Below, piece after piece: positions 19,393 to 29,340 of a stretch of 34,151 nucleotides of DNA. The position numbers were made by a program, and so were the translations under genes. The DNA comes from Hyphomicrobiales bacterium. GTDB taxonomy: Bacteria > Pseudomonadota > Alphaproteobacteria > Rhizobiales > Beijerinckiaceae. The notes under the pieces are model-generated. The model did no database searches. It saw nothing but the letters and a program-made list of their open reading frames with translations, and was not told the origin of the DNA. The stretch covers positions 1 to 34,151 of the forward strand of contig JAGWKJ010000001.1 in NCBI GenBank assembly GCA_028865375.1, in the 5' to 3' direction. The stretch's first letter is position 1. Each line of letters opens with the position of its first letter.

Positions 19393-21124
19393 GGCGCGGC
19401 GCCGCCGGCTGCGCGGCGTCGATCTCGTCGGGCGACCGGGCCGCGCCGAAATGGTGGCCCTGCAGGTAGTCGACGCCCCAATCGGCCAGCAGCGCGGCGG
19501 TCTCGGCGTCCTCCACCCATTCGGCGACGACGGGCGCGCCGAGGTGGCGGCCCAGCGCCACCAGCGTGCGCACGAAGAAGCGGTCGTCGGCCGATCGCGC
19601 GAGGTCGCGCACGAAGGCGCCGTCGATCTTCACCAGGTCGACGCCAAGCGCGCGCAGGGCGCGGAACGACGAATGGCCGGCGCCAAAATCGTCGATCGCG
19701 ACGCGCACGCCCATCGACCGCACGGCCGCGAGCGATTCGGCGGCCGCCTCGACGTCGGCCGTCGCGGCGGTTTCGGAAATCTCCACGTAGAGCCGGCGCG
19801 CGGCGCCGGGCGCGGCAGCGAAGACATGCGCCATGCGGTCGGGCCAGCCGGGATCGCGCAAGGTGCCGACCGACACGTTGACCGCGAGCGTCGCGTCGGG
19901 CCGCGCGACCAGCCGGTCGCGGGCGAGTTCGAGCATCCGGTGGTCGACGAGGCCCAGCAGACCGGCCCTTTCGGCCACCGGCACGAAGGACGCCGCGCCG
20001 CACAGCGTGCCGTCGTCGCGGCGCAGCCGAGCCAACGCCTCGTGGATCGGGGCGCCGCCGCGCGTAGGCACGATCGGTTGCAGCGCCATTTCGAGCCGGC
20101 GCTCGTTGAGCGCGGAGACGATCTCGTCGGAGATCGCGATCGCGCGCAGGCGCGCGTCGTCCCAGGCGAGCGAAGGCGAGTAGGTCGCGCACCGCTTGGC
20201 GCCCCGCGCGCGGGCGTGGGCGAGCGCCTCTTCGGCGTGCTGCAACAAGGCCTGCGGGCAACGACCGTCGTCGGGCCCGACCGCGCCGCCGACCCGCACG
20301 CTCGCGCGCAGCGCGGCGCCCGGAAACTCGATCCCGGCGGCCGTGGCGGCGTCGGCGAAGCGCTCCGCGGCCGCCGCGAGCCGTTCGCCGTCGCAGCCCT
20401 CGAGCGCCAGCGCGAAGCAAGCGCCGCCGAAGCGCGCGATGCGGTCGCCCGAGCGCATGGAGGCGCGCAGCGCGCCTGCCACCGCGCGCAAGGTCGCGTC
20501 GCCGGCGTCATAGCCGTGGACGCGGTTCAGCGCCGCGAGATTGTCGATCCGGACGAGAGCGACGCCCACCGCGCCGCGCGTCGCGGCCGCGGATTCGAGC
20601 CGCCGCGCGACATGGGCGACGAAGGCCGCGCGCCCGAGGGCGCCGGTCGTGGGGTCGCCGTTCCGTTCGTGCGAGGTGGCGCGAAGCTGGACGCCGCGCA
20701 GCCGACGCATCACGCCATGCGCGCGCACGGGGCGCCCGTCGGCGTCGGCGAACCAACGGCCGCCGTCCTCGATTTCGATCCGCCGGCCGCCCGCGGGCGC
20801 GAGCGCGTAGCGCGCGCGATAGGGCGCGCCCTGTTCGTCGGCGGGCTCGGCGGAATCGTGGATCGCGCGATGGCGCGATTCCAGGCTGTCGGCCGACAGG
20901 AGCTCGGCGAAATTGGCGCCGCTGCGCAGGGCCAGCGCCGGCACGCCAGCGAGCACTTCGCCGACGCTGGGGCCGAACGTCAGGCGGTCGGAAACGATGT
21001 CCCAGTCATAGACGACCTCGCCGATCGCCGTCAGCGCGGACAGCGCGTCCGGGGAATCGTCCGCGCCGTCCTCGTTTGCGGCGACTTCGGCCGCGAGCTT
21101 CGCGCCGTCCCGTTCGCGATCCAA
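19373..21124 (-). CDS. PAS-like / degenerate GGDEF / EAL signalling protein (probable c-di-GMP phosphodiesterase)
   Basis: 583 aa. The start is TTG at 21124 with an upstream GGAGG (start uncertain). The GGDEF position reads GGACF, and an RSGD (RxxD) lies 5 residues upstream. The EAL domain carries EAL(ARL), NVS, EISE, DDFGAGHSS, KIDG, EWVE and QG. The 3' end overlaps phaR by 20 nt (convergent). Confidence 0.9.
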   Translation of the reverse strand: MDRERDGAKLAAEVAANEDGADDSPDALSALTAIGEVVYDWDIVSDRLTFGPSVGEVLAGVPALALRSGANFAELLSADSLESRHRAIHDSAEPADEQGAPYRARYALAPAGGRRIEIEDGGRWFADADGRPVRAHGVMRRLRGVQLRATSHERNGDPTTGALGRAAFVAHVARRLESAAATRGAVGVALVRIDNLAALNRVHGYDAGDATLRAVAGALRASMRSGDRIARFGGACFALALEGCDGERLAAAAERFADAATAAGIEFPGAALRASVRVGGAVGPDDGRCPQALLQHAEEALAHARARGAKRCATYSPSLAWDDARLRAIAISDEIVSALNERRLEMALQPIVPTRGGAPIHEALARLRRDDGTLCGAASFVPVAERAGLLGLVDHRMLELARDRLVARPDATLAVNVSVGTLRDPGWPDRMAHVFAAAPGAARRLYVEISETAATADVEAAAESLAAVRSMGVRVAIDDFGAGHSSFRALRALGVDLVKIDGAFVRDLARSADDRFFVRTLVALGRHLGAPVVAEWVEDAETAALLADWGVDYLQGHHFGAARSPDEIDAAQPAAPRLIYARR

Positions 21125-21206
21125 GTCCGCCTCCGCCCCGATAGAGGCGATGACCTTGGGGCGCCTTGGTTAATTCGGCGTTGAGGAAGGGCGTCGCGCG
21201 CCCCGT

Positions 21207-21977
21207 TCAGGCGCGGTTTTTGCGCTCGCGCAGCTCGACGAAAACGGCCGACGGCGCCGTGCTCGCCATGCCGAGCGCACTCGCGACCGCGGGATCGGCG
21301 GCGCGCAGGAACGGATTGGCGCGCAATTCCTCGCCGATCGTGGTGGGCGGCATGACGCCGCCCTTCGCCTTGGTCGCCTCGATCTCGGCGGCACGTGCCG
21401 TCACCGCGGCGTCGTCGGGCAGGACCGAGCGCGAGAACCGCGCGTTGGCGAGGTCGTAATCGTGGCCGTGATGGACGATCGTTTCGGCCGGCAGCGCGGC
21501 GAGCTTGGTCAGCGAGTCCCACATCACGGGCAGCGGCGTCTCCAGCACGCGGCCGCAGCCCATCGTGAACAAAGTGTCGCCGACGAAAGCGACGCCCGCG
21601 CCCGCGAAATGAAACACGATATGTCCCGCCGTGTGGCCCGGCGTCTCGATCACGCGGCCTTCGAGCGCCCCGACCCGCACGGCGTCGCCCTCGCGCAACG
21701 TCGCGTCGAGGCCGCCGATCTTGCCGGCCTCCTTGGCGGGGCCGAGGATTTTGACGCTTGGAAACGCCGCCTTCACGGCGGGCAGGCCTTGCACGTGATC
21801 GGCGTGGTGATGGGTCACCAGCGCCTGCGAAATCGTCCAGCCCGCTTCGCGCGCCGCCGCCACCACGACATCGCCGTCGGGCGCGTCGACGCAAGCCGTC
21901 GCGCCGGTCGCGGAATCGTGGATCAGGACGCCCCAATTGTCCTTGAGGCAGGGAAAACGGCGGACGATGGCGGACAT
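21207..21977 (-). CDS. gloB: hydroxyacylglutathione hydrolase (glyoxalase II)
   Basis: 256 aa. It contains the metallo-beta-lactamase motif THHHADH, then TPGHTAGH and GDTLF, with the C-terminal NPFLR typical of GloB. Confidence 0.92.
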   Translation of the reverse strand: MSAIVRRFPCLKDNWGVLIHDSATGATACVDAPDGDVVVAAAREAGWTISQALVTHHHADHVQGLPAVKAAFPSVKILGPAKEAGKIGGLDATLREGDAVRVGALEGRVIETPGHTAGHIVFHFAGAGVAFVGDTLFTMGCGRVLETPLPVMWDSLTKLAALPAETIVHHGHDYDLANARFSRSVLPDDAAVTARAAEIEATKAKGGVMPPTTIGEELRANPFLRAADPAVASALGMASTAPSAVFVELRERKNRA

Positions 21978-22017
21978 TTCGGCTCCGAGGATGCGGCCTG
22001 CGTCGGCGGCGAATCAA

Positions 22018-22584
22018 TCAACCGCCGAGCAGCGCCGCCATCGCCTGTTTGAAGCCGTTTGGCGAGAAGCCGAGCGTGAACTTCTGGCCGGCGCCGGTGA
22101 CGTAGAACGCCGACGGCGGCTTTTCCGCCGCGGCCCATTTCTCGACGATGCCCCTGGCCACGGGCCCTTGCGCGAAGCAGGCGCCGGGCACGCAGCGCGT
22201 CCATTTGAGTTCGAGCGCGCCCTTCGCCGCCGTGTCGAGCCCAGCGGCGATCGGTTGCGAGAGATTGACGTTCACCGGCACGGCGAACGTGAGCAACATC
22301 TCGCCGGCGGCCTTGGGACGGCTGACCGCGACGCGGCCGTAAGGCGCCTGCTGGCCCTTCAGGAAGAAATTCTGGGTCGCCTCGCAGGATTTGCCCGCAT
22401 TGGCGATCTCGCGGCACGACACGGTCCAGTCGCCGAACGTCTCGTCGGTGGCCTGCGGACCCGTCTGCGCGGCGGTAGGCTTCGGCTTGTCCTTGGTCGC
22501 GGTAGCGGCATGTGCAGTCGTCATGGCCAGCGCCGCCACACCCAGAACCGACGACATGCGGACGACCGAACGCTGGATTGCCAT
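22018..22584 (-). CDS. invasion-associated locus B (IalB) family periplasmic protein
   Basis: The ATG is at 22584. The protein begins MAIQRSVVRMSSVLGVAALAMTTAHA (signal peptide) and then reads FGDWTVSC...KSCEATQ...WTRCVPGACFA...FSPNGFKQAM, the IalB Cys/Trp pattern. 188 aa. The upstream part of the track ORF is discarded. Confidence 0.8.
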   Translation of the reverse strand: MAIQRSVVRMSSVLGVAALAMTTAHAATATKDKPKPTAAQTGPQATDETFGDWTVSCREIANAGKSCEATQNFFLKGQQAPYGRVAVSRPKAAGEMLLTFAVPVNVNLSQPIAAGLDTAAKGALELKWTRCVPGACFAQGPVARGIVEKWAAAEKPPSAFYVTGAGQKFTLGFSPNGFKQAMAALLGG

Positions 22585-22747
22585 GACCGCTCCCGACGCA
22601 AATTGACGCGCGAATTTCCGCGCGGCGCGATGGTTAAATGCAACGATCGATGGTGTCCAGCGCGGGAATCGGCCGGTCCGTGTGGAAATGGATGGGCCGG
22701 CACGGCGGTCGCGTCGAAATTGTCCACCGCGACTGTGGCAAACTTGC

Positions 22748-22773
22748 CCTGCCAAGTGACCCTGCCAAGTGAC
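22748..22773. repeat. perfect tandem duplication of a 13-nt unit (CCTGCCAAGTGAC x2)
   Basis: Read directly from the sequence: 22748-22760 is identical to 22761-22773. It lies about 165-190 bp upstream of the IalB-like gene, inside an ~800-bp stretch with no confident gene. Confidence 0.9.
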
Positions 22774-23381
22774 ATTGCGCCCGGGCGAATGCCAAAAGGT
22801 TGACGTCTAAACCCCAATAACCTCTCGTCGGGGAAACGTAATGTGGGGTGGTCGCCATTTCGCCACCGCCATGATCGGCCAAGAATATCCCGGCGCGACG
22901 TACCCAACGGATTCGCGATCGTCGCCCGCGCGAAGAACGAGGCCGGCCGTTGCGACGCGCTCGCAGTGCGCGTGCTCTCCAGCCCCCGACTGCCCGGCGA
23001 TGGCGCGAGTGATCGCCGCCGAGGGCCGCGACCTCGGCTCGCTGGCGGGCGTGCCGCCGCTGCAGGACGCGACCGGCCAATACGCCCTCGTGCCGACGGG
23101 CGACGGCGGCAACGTGCTCGTCGTGCGAGGATCGGCCGGGCTTCGGGCCGCGTCGCCCACCCGCGTCTCTTCGTCATTGCCGACCCGCGCCTCCCCGTCT
23201 TTGCGAGGAGCGTCAGCGCCGAAGTAATCCAGAGACCACGGTCATGGGCGAGGCCTTTCCGGACGACTGGATCGCTTCGCTCGCAAGGACGGTGGTGGTT
23301 GGCGCGAGAAGAGACCGCGACCTGGCCGCGGTTGGCGCCGGCGGCGACGCTTCTATATGGTCCGCCGCCGCGGAGAGGAAC

Positions 23382-24152
23382 ATGGCGAACACGGACCCGG
23401 GCGGCGGAGAAGGCGACACCCATTTCGGGTTCGCGACATTGCCGCTCGCCGACAAGCAAGGCCGCGTCGACGACGTGTTCCACAAGGTGGCGCGCCGCTA
23501 CGACCTGATGAACGACCTGATGTCGGGGGGGCTGCACCGCGCCTGGAAGGATGTGCTGGCCGCCCGCGCCGCCGGGCCGCGCCGCGCCGCGCGCCGCCAT
23601 CTCGACCTGGCGGGCGGCACCGGCGACGTGGCGTTCCGCATCGCGGAGGCCGCGCCCGGCACGCATGTCACCGTGCTCGACATCAACGCCGACATGCTCG
23701 CGGTCGGCCGCGAGCGCGCGGGCAAGCGCGGGCTGGCCGATCGCGTGACCTTCGTCGAAGGCAACGCCGAGGATCTGCCCTTCGAGGCGGCCTCGTTCGA
23801 CGGCGCCACGATCGCCTTCGGCATCCGCAACGTGCCGCGCATCGCGCGCGCGCTCTCGGAAACCCATCGCGTCCTGCGGCGCGGCGCGCGGTTCCAGTGC
23901 CTCGAATTCTCGAGCGTGGACGTGCCGGGGCTCGACCGGCTCTACGACGCGTTTTCGTTCTCGGCCATCCCGGCGATCGGCAAGGCGGTCGCAGGCGACG
24001 GCGAGCCCTACCGCTATCTCGTGGAATCGATCCGCAAGTTCCCGCAACCGGAAGATTTCGCGCGCATGGTCGCGGCCGCCGGCTTCTCGCGCGCCTCCTT
24101 CGAGCGTCTGAGCGGGGGAATCGTCGCGCTCCATTCGGGCTGGAAACTCTAG
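23382..24152 (+). CDS. ubiE: ubiquinone/menaquinone biosynthesis C-methyltransferase
   Basis: The ATG at 23382 follows GGAGAGG. The protein reads THFGF...[32 protein letters not shown]...[12 protein letters not shown]...FGIRNV. 256 aa. Confidence 0.92.
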   Translation: MANTDPGGGEGDTHFGFATLPLADKQGRVDDVFHKVARRYDLMNDLMSGGLHRAWKDVLAARAAGPRRAARRHLDLAGGTGDVAFRIAEAAPGTHVTVLDINADMLAVGRERAGKRGLADRVTFVEGNAEDLPFEAASFDGATIAFGIRNVPRIARALSETHRVLRRGARFQCLEFSSVDVPGLDRLYDAFSFSAIPAIGKAVAGDGEPYRYLVESIRKFPQPEDFARMVAAAGFSRASFERLSGGIVALHSGWKL

Positions 24153-24155
24153 GCT

Positions 24156-25685
24156 TTGGGCGTCTTCGCCGACATCGGCCACGCCGCGCGGCTGGCGCGC
24201 GCGCTCTGGGCGCTGGCGCGCGAGGGCGTGTTCCTCGCCATCGACCCCGCCGCCGCGCCGCCCGCCGCGCGCGTTCCGCTGGCGCTGACGCGGGCGCTGG
24301 CGCGCAAGCGGGCGGGACTGTCGGGCCTCGCGCCCGCGATGACGCGGCTCGGTCCGTCCTACGTCAAGCTCGGCCAGTTCCTCGCCACCCGGCAGGACGT
24401 CGTCGGCGCCAAGGTCGCCGCCGAGCTGGAAAAGCTCCAGGATCGCGTGCCGCCGTTCCCACGCGAGGTCGCGGCGCGTCGCGTCGAGGACTCGCTGGGC
24501 CGCCCGCTGGGCGAACTTTACGAAAGCTTCGGCGAGCCGGTCGCCGCCGCCTCGGTGGCGCAAGTGCATCGCGCGCGCGTCCGCGACGCCGACGGCGTGC
24601 GCGACGTCGCGGTGAAGGTCCTGCGGCCGGGCGTCGAGCGACGCTTCCGCCGCGACCTCGACGACATGCGCTTCGCCGCGCGCTTCGCGGAGGCGTGGTT
24701 TCCTGCGGCGCGCAGGCTGCGGCCGGTCGAGACCGTCGAGACGCTGGCGCGCTCGGTACGCCGCGAGATGGACCTGAGGCTCGAGGCGGCCGCAGCCTCC
24801 GAGTTCCGCGAGAACGCGGAGAAGGACGCCGAGTTCCGCGTGCCGTCGGTCGACTGGGAGCGCACTTCGCGCGACGCGCTCACGCTGGAATGGATCGACG
24901 GCGCCGCGATGTCGGACGACGCGGCGCTCGACGCCGCCGGCCACGACCGGCCGCGGCTGGCGCGGCTCGTCATCCAGTCGTTCCTGCGCCACGCGCTGCG
25001 CGACGGCCTGTTCCACGCCGACATGCACCGCGGCAACCTGTTCGTCGATCCGCAGGGCCGGCTGGCGGCGGTCGATTTCGGCATCATGGACCGCATCGGC
25101 GACAAGGAGCGCCGCTTCCTCGCCGAGATCCTGTACGGCTTCATCGTGCGCGACTACCGGCGCGTGGCCGAGGTCCATTTCGAGGCGGGCTACGTGCCGC
25201 GCACGCATTCGGTCGAGGATTTCGCGCAGGCGATCCGCGCCGTCGGCGAACCGATCCATGCCCGCACCGCCGACCAGATCTCGATGGCGCGCGTGCTGAC
25301 GCTGCTGTTCGAGATCACGTCGCTGTTCGACATGTCGACGCGCACCGAGCTCGTGCTGCTGCAGAAGACGATGGTGGTGGTCGAGGGCGTGGCGCGCGGC
25401 CTCGACCCGAAGCTCGACATGTGGGCGACGGCCGAGCCGGTGGTGCGCGACTACATCGAGGGCCACCTCGGCCCTTCGGGGATCGCGCGCCGCGCGCTGG
25501 GCGACCTCGGCAAGGCGGCGGCGCTGCTGTCCCGCGCGCCGGGGATCGTCGAGCGCTTGTTCGACGGCATCGAGAACCCGCCGCCCGCGCAGCCGCCGGC
25601 GCGGACGTTCGCGGTCTGGCGATGGATCGCCGTCGCCGTCCTCGTTTACGCTGCATACCGATACGGCCTTGCGCATCCCGGTTGA
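24156..25685 (+). CDS. ubiB: ubiquinone biosynthesis protein kinase-like UbiB (ABC1/ADCK family)
   Basis: The start is TTG at 24156, 4 nt after the ubiE stop. The protein reads LGPSYVKLGQFLATRQDVVG...PVAAASVAQVHRA...VAVKVLRPG...FHADMHRGNLFV...DFGIMDRI. A C-terminal hydrophobic helix is present. Confidence 0.9.
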   Translation: MGVFADIGHAARLARALWALAREGVFLAIDPAAAPPAARVPLALTRALARKRAGLSGLAPAMTRLGPSYVKLGQFLATRQDVVGAKVAAELEKLQDRVPPFPREVAARRVEDSLGRPLGELYESFGEPVAAASVAQVHRARVRDADGVRDVAVKVLRPGVERRFRRDLDDMRFAARFAEAWFPAARRLRPVETVETLARSVRREMDLRLEAAAASEFRENAEKDAEFRVPSVDWERTSRDALTLEWIDGAAMSDDAALDAAGHDRPRLARLVIQSFLRHALRDGLFHADMHRGNLFVDPQGRLAAVDFGIMDRIGDKERRFLAEILYGFIVRDYRRVAEVHFEAGYVPRTHSVEDFAQAIRAVGEPIHARTADQISMARVLTLLFEITSLFDMSTRTELVLLQKTMVVVEGVARGLDPKLDMWATAEPVVRDYIEGHLGPSGIARRALGDLGKAAALLSRAPGIVERLFDGIENPPPAQPPARTFAVWRWIAVAVLVYAAYRYGLAHPG

Positions 25686-25724
25686 GCGGGATTAGCGTCC
25701 GCGGCTTCGGGCCGGGGGCGGAGC

Positions 25725-26987
25725 ATGGGATCGCGGAAAGCCGGCCTCTCGGGACGACGCGTCCTGCTCGTCGTCGGTGCGGGCGTCGCCGCTTACAAAG
25801 CCTTGGAACTGGCGCGCCTTTTCCGCAGGCGCGGTGCGGGCGTGCGCGGCGTTCTCACGCCCGCGGCGACGCAGTTCGTCACCCCGCTCTCGCTCGCCGC
25901 GCTGACCGGCGAGGAGGTCTTCTCCGAACTGTTTTCGCTCACCCGCGAAAGCCGCATCGGCCATATCGAATTGTCGCGCGAGGCCGACCTCGTCGTCGTC
26001 GCGCCGGCGACCGCCGACCTGCTCGCCAAGATGGCCAACGGACTGTGCGACGACCTCGCTTCGACGCTGTTGCTGGCCACCGACAAGCGGATCCTCGTCG
26101 CGCCGGCGATGAACCTGCGCATGTGGGCGCATCCCGCCACGCGCCGCAACGTCGAGAGGCTGGCGCGCGACGGCGTGTCATTCGTCGGGCCGGACGCGGG
26201 AGCGATGGCCTGCGGCGAATGGGGTCTCGGCCGCATGGCCGAGCCCTCGGCGATCTTCGAGGCGGCGGCGAAGCTGCTCGAGGGCGACACGACGCTGCCG
26301 CCGCCCGAGGGCGCGATGTCGGCGGCCCGCCCGCTCGCCGGCCGCCGGGCGATCGTCACCGCGGGCCCGACCCACGAGCCCATCGACCCGGTGCGGGTGA
26401 TCGCCAACCGCTCGTCGGGCCGGCAGGGTTACGCGATCGCCGCCGCGCTCGCTCAAGCCGGCGCCGAAGTGACGCTCGTCAGCGGTCCGACGGCGCTCGA
26501 GTCGCCGGCCGGCGTCGGGATCGTCCGCGTCGAGACCGCGCGCCAGATGCAGGCGGCGGTCGAGGCGGCGCTGCCCGCCGACATCTTCGTCGGCGCGGCG
26601 GCGGTCGCCGATTGGCGACCGGCGGCGGAGGCCGGGCATAAGATGAAGCGCGGCGGCGCGAAGGAGGCGACGCTGACGCTCGTCGTCAATCCCGACATCC
26701 TCGCCGGGATCGGTACGCGCAAGAAGGGCCGTCCGAAGGTCGTGGTCGGCTTCGCCGCCGAGACCGAGAAATTGTTGGAGCACGGCCGCAGGAAGCTCGT
26801 CGCCAAGGGTTGCAATTTGATCCTCGCCAACGACGTCGGCGCCGCGAGCGGCGTATTCGGCGGAGCGCGCAATCGCGTGCGCGCGATTTCCGCGGATGGC
26901 GTCGAGGAGTGGCCGGAGGCGACCAAGGACGAAGTCGCCATGCGTCTCGTCGCGCGGATCGTCGAGCTGCTGGAGCGCGCGCCTTGA
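25725..26987 (+). CDS. coaBC: bifunctional phosphopantothenoylcysteine decarboxylase / phosphopantothenate-cysteine ligase
   Basis: 420 aa. The flavoprotein half reads [20 protein letters not shown]...PAMNLRMW...[13 protein letters not shown]. The ligase half reads [31 protein letters not shown]. Confidence 0.93.
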   Translation: MGSRKAGLSGRRVLLVVGAGVAAYKALELARLFRRRGAGVRGVLTPAATQFVTPLSLAALTGEEVFSELFSLTRESRIGHIELSREADLVVVAPATADLLAKMANGLCDDLASTLLLATDKRILVAPAMNLRMWAHPATRRNVERLARDGVSFVGPDAGAMACGEWGLGRMAEPSAIFEAAAKLLEGDTTLPPPEGAMSAARPLAGRRAIVTAGPTHEPIDPVRVIANRSSGRQGYAIAAALAQAGAEVTLVSGPTALESPAGVGIVRVETARQMQAAVEAALPADIFVGAAAVADWRPAAEAGHKMKRGGAKEATLTLVVNPDILAGIGTRKKGRPKVVVGFAAETEKLLEHGRRKLVAKGCNLILANDVGAASGVFGGARNRVRAISADGVEEWPEATKDEVAMRLVARIVELLERAP

Positions 26988-27457
26988 ATCCGATCGTGAA
27001 ATTCCGCCGCCTTCCGCACGCGGCCGACCTGCCTGCGCCCGCCTACGCGACCGTCGGCGCCGCCGGCGCCGACCTGTGCGCCGCCCTGCCCGCGAGTGCG
27101 CCGCTCGTTCTCACGCCAGGCGAGCGTTTCGCCGTCCCGACGGGGGTCGCGATCGCCCTTCCGGAGGGCTTCGAGGCGCAATTGCGGGCCCGAAGTGGCT
27201 TGGCTTTACGATTTGGGCTTGCTCTCGTTAACGCCCCGGCTACGATAGACGCGGATTATCGGGGCGAAATCAAAGTGATAGTAATAAACCTCGGTCGCGA
27301 GCCCGTGACGCTGGAACGCGGCATGCGCATCGCCCAGATGGTGATAGCCCCGGTCGCCCACGCGAGCTTCGCGGAATCGGACGATCTCGGCGAAACCGGG
27401 CGAGGCGCGGGCGGTTTTGGATCTACGGGCGTGAAATCGGAGGTCGCTTCGCCATGA
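26984..27457 (+). CDS. dut: dUTP diphosphatase
   Basis: The protein reads AGADLCA...[37 protein letters not shown]...IAQMVIAP...[10 protein letters not shown], covering all five dUTPase motifs. The most likely start is TTG at 26984, overlapping the coaBC stop (TTGA). GTG at 26996 is the alternative. Confidence 0.88.
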   Translation: MNPIVKFRRLPHAADLPAPAYATVGAAGADLCAALPASAPLVLTPGERFAVPTGVAIALPEGFEAQLRARSGLALRFGLALVNAPATIDADYRGEIKVIVINLGREPVTLERGMRIAQMVIAPVAHASFAESDDLGETGRGAGGFGSTGVKSEVASP

Positions 27458-27900
27458 TGCTCTTGCCAAGGCGCAGCCTGCTCGCGATCGCGGCGGTCGT
27501 CGACGTCGCGCTTCACGCCAGGCCCAAGCCCGTCGCCGCAAAAGCGCTCGCGGCCCGCCACGACCTGCCGCCGCGTCACCTCGAGACCCTCCTGCAAAGT
27601 CTCGTGCGGGCCGGCATCCTGAAAGGCGTGCGAGGCCCGCGCGGCGGATACGAGCTGGCGCGCGACCGCCGGCGCGTGACCGCGGCGGGCATCGTCCGCG
27701 CCGTCGAGTTCGATCCCGAAGCCGACGCGCCGCGTCGCGCATCGCCGCTGATGTCGGCGGTCGTCGAACCCAAGGTGGTCCATGCCGGGGAGACGTTTCT
27801 CGCCGAACTGGAAAAGATCACTGTCGAGGACCTGTGCCGCGAGGCGACGGAGCGCGGCGTGTTCGAAACCAAGGTGCCTGGGGTTGATTTCACGATATGA
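27454..27900 (+). CDS. Rrf2-family transcriptional regulator lacking the Fe-S Cys triad
   Basis: The ATG at 27454 overlaps the dut stop (ATGA). The wHTH reads [60 protein letters not shown]. The whole 148-aa protein has only one Cys, so no IscR/NsrR-type cluster ligands are present. Confidence 0.85.
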   Translation: MMLLPRRSLLAIAAVVDVALHARPKPVAAKALAARHDLPPRHLETLLQSLVRAGILKGVRGPRGGYELARDRRRVTAAGIVRAVEFDPEADAPRRASPLMSAVVEPKVVHAGETFLAELEKITVEDLCREATERGVFETKVPGVDFTI

Positions 27901-27973
27901 CGTAGTATGTTATAATAATGAACAAGTCCGTTGCGCCAAAATAGGTTGACGCGGACCGGGAGGAGAAATCGCG

Positions 27974-28939
27974 ATGGCCGAAGCGACCAAGGCGCCCGGG
28001 CGCGGGCGCATCTACGGTTCGATCACGGAAACGATCGGCGACACGCCGTTGGTGCGGCTCGACCGGCTGGCGCAGGAACGGGGCGTCAAGGCGAAGCTGG
28101 TCGCAAAGCTCGAGTTCTTCAACCCGATCGCCAGCGTCAAGGACCGCATCGGCGTCGCCATGATCGACGCGCTGGAGGCCCAAGGCCGCATCGTGCGCGG
28201 CCAAAGCACGATCGTCGAGCCGACGTCCGGCAACACCGGCATCGCGCTCGCCTTCGTGGCCGCGGCGCGCGGCTACAAGTTGATCCTCGTGATGCCCGAA
28301 TCGATGTCGATCGAGCGCCGCAAGATGCTCGCCCTGCTCGGCGCCGAGCTGGCGCTGACGCCGGCGGCGCAGGGCATGAAGGGCGCCATCGCCAAGGCCA
28401 AGGAATTGCTGGAAACGATTCCGGGTTCCGTGATGCCGCAGCAATTCGAGAACCCGGCCAATCCCGACATTCATCGTCGCACGACCGCCGAGGAGATCTG
28501 GAACGACACCAAGGGCGAGATCGACTGGTTCGTGTCTGGCGTGGGGACGGGCGGCACCATCACCGGCGTGGGCCAAGTGCTCAAGAAGCGCAAGCCGGGC
28601 GTCAAGATCGTGGCCGTCGAGCCCGAGGATTCCCCGGTGCTGTCGGGCGGTTCGCCCGGCCCGCACAAGATCCAGGGCATCGGCGCGGGTTTCGTGCCGG
28701 CGATCCTCGACCGCTCGGTGGTCGACGAGGTGGTCACGGTCGGCAACCAGACGAGCTTCGACACCGCGCGCCTGATGGCGCGGCTCGAAGGCGTGCCCTG
28801 CGGCATATCCTCGGGCGCGGCGGTCGCCGCCGCGGTCGAGATCGGCCGCCGACCCGAAGCGGCGGGCAAGATGATCGTCATCGTCGTGCCGAGCTTCGCC
28901 GAGCGCTACCTGTCGACGGCACTGTTCGACGGGCTTTGA
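27974..28939 (+). CDS. cysK: cysteine synthase A (O-acetylserine sulfhydrylase)
   Basis: 321 aa. The protein reads IGDTPLVRL...[16 protein letters not shown] (PLP Lys)...[10 protein letters not shown]...[22 protein letters not shown] is present. Confidence 0.95.
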   Translation: MAEATKAPGRGRIYGSITETIGDTPLVRLDRLAQERGVKAKLVAKLEFFNPIASVKDRIGVAMIDALEAQGRIVRGQSTIVEPTSGNTGIALAFVAAARGYKLILVMPESMSIERRKMLALLGAELALTPAAQGMKGAIAKAKELLETIPGSVMPQQFENPANPDIHRRTTAEEIWNDTKGEIDWFVSGVGTGGTITGVGQVLKKRKPGVKIVAVEPEDSPVLSGGSPGPHKIQGIGAGFVPAILDRSVVDEVVTVGNQTSFDTARLMARLEGVPCGISSGAAVAAAVEIGRRPEAAGKMIVIVVPSFAERYLSTALFDGL

Positions 28940-28949
28940 CGCCGCGTCC

Positions 28950-29340
28950 GGCGGTCGATCGGCCAAGGGCTTTCCCGCCGCGCGATGCGCGGCGTCGAAG
29001 CCGAAGGTCATCGTCGGACCCAGCGTGACGCCGCCGGCGGGTTGCCGCGGGATCCACATCCAACCGCCCGCCCACGCTGCCGTGCCGCCGATCCGGACGT
29101 GCTTTTCCGGCACGTCCACCTCGAGCCCAAGGAACGCCGCGTTCACTTCCGCGCCGACGACGATGGGAACGCCTTCTCCAGCGACGGCAGGAACCCGCCC
29201 GCCAGCGCGTTGCCCATGACGAGCCGCGTGCCGCGCCGGTGCCGCGCAGGCGGTCGACGTCGCACCGGTCGACCATCATGCCGTCGAGCGCGATGAACTC
29301 CGGGATCGGCGGCGTATGACGTCGAGCGCGCGGCCGGCCA
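28950..29340 (-). pseudogene. decayed remnant of an FAD-dependent oxidoreductase (KstD/fumarate-reductase-flavoprotein-like)
   Basis: Three different minus-strand frames carry consecutive protein-like pieces in colinear order. They are IPEFIALDGMMVDRCDV; then LVMGNALAGGFLPSLEKA, continuing after a frame change as IVVGAEVNAAFLGLEVD; then GGVTLGPTMTFGFDAAHRAAG, which resembles the family C-terminus. No intact ORF of family length exists. Recognised by eye only. Confidence 0.35.

Noticed and set aside
23000-23227. Reporting the 75-codon ORF ([22 protein letters not shown]...) as a CDS feature.
   Set aside because: It has no recognisable RBS or family, and coding-like third-position bias fades in the second half. 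I kept it only as a finding to be tested.
27884-27916. A sigma70 promoter for cysK built on TATAAT at 27911-27916.
   Set aside because: No acceptable -35 lies at 16-18 nt spacing: TTGATT at 27884 is 21 nt away. The hexamer could be a chance occurrence in an AT-rich operator region.
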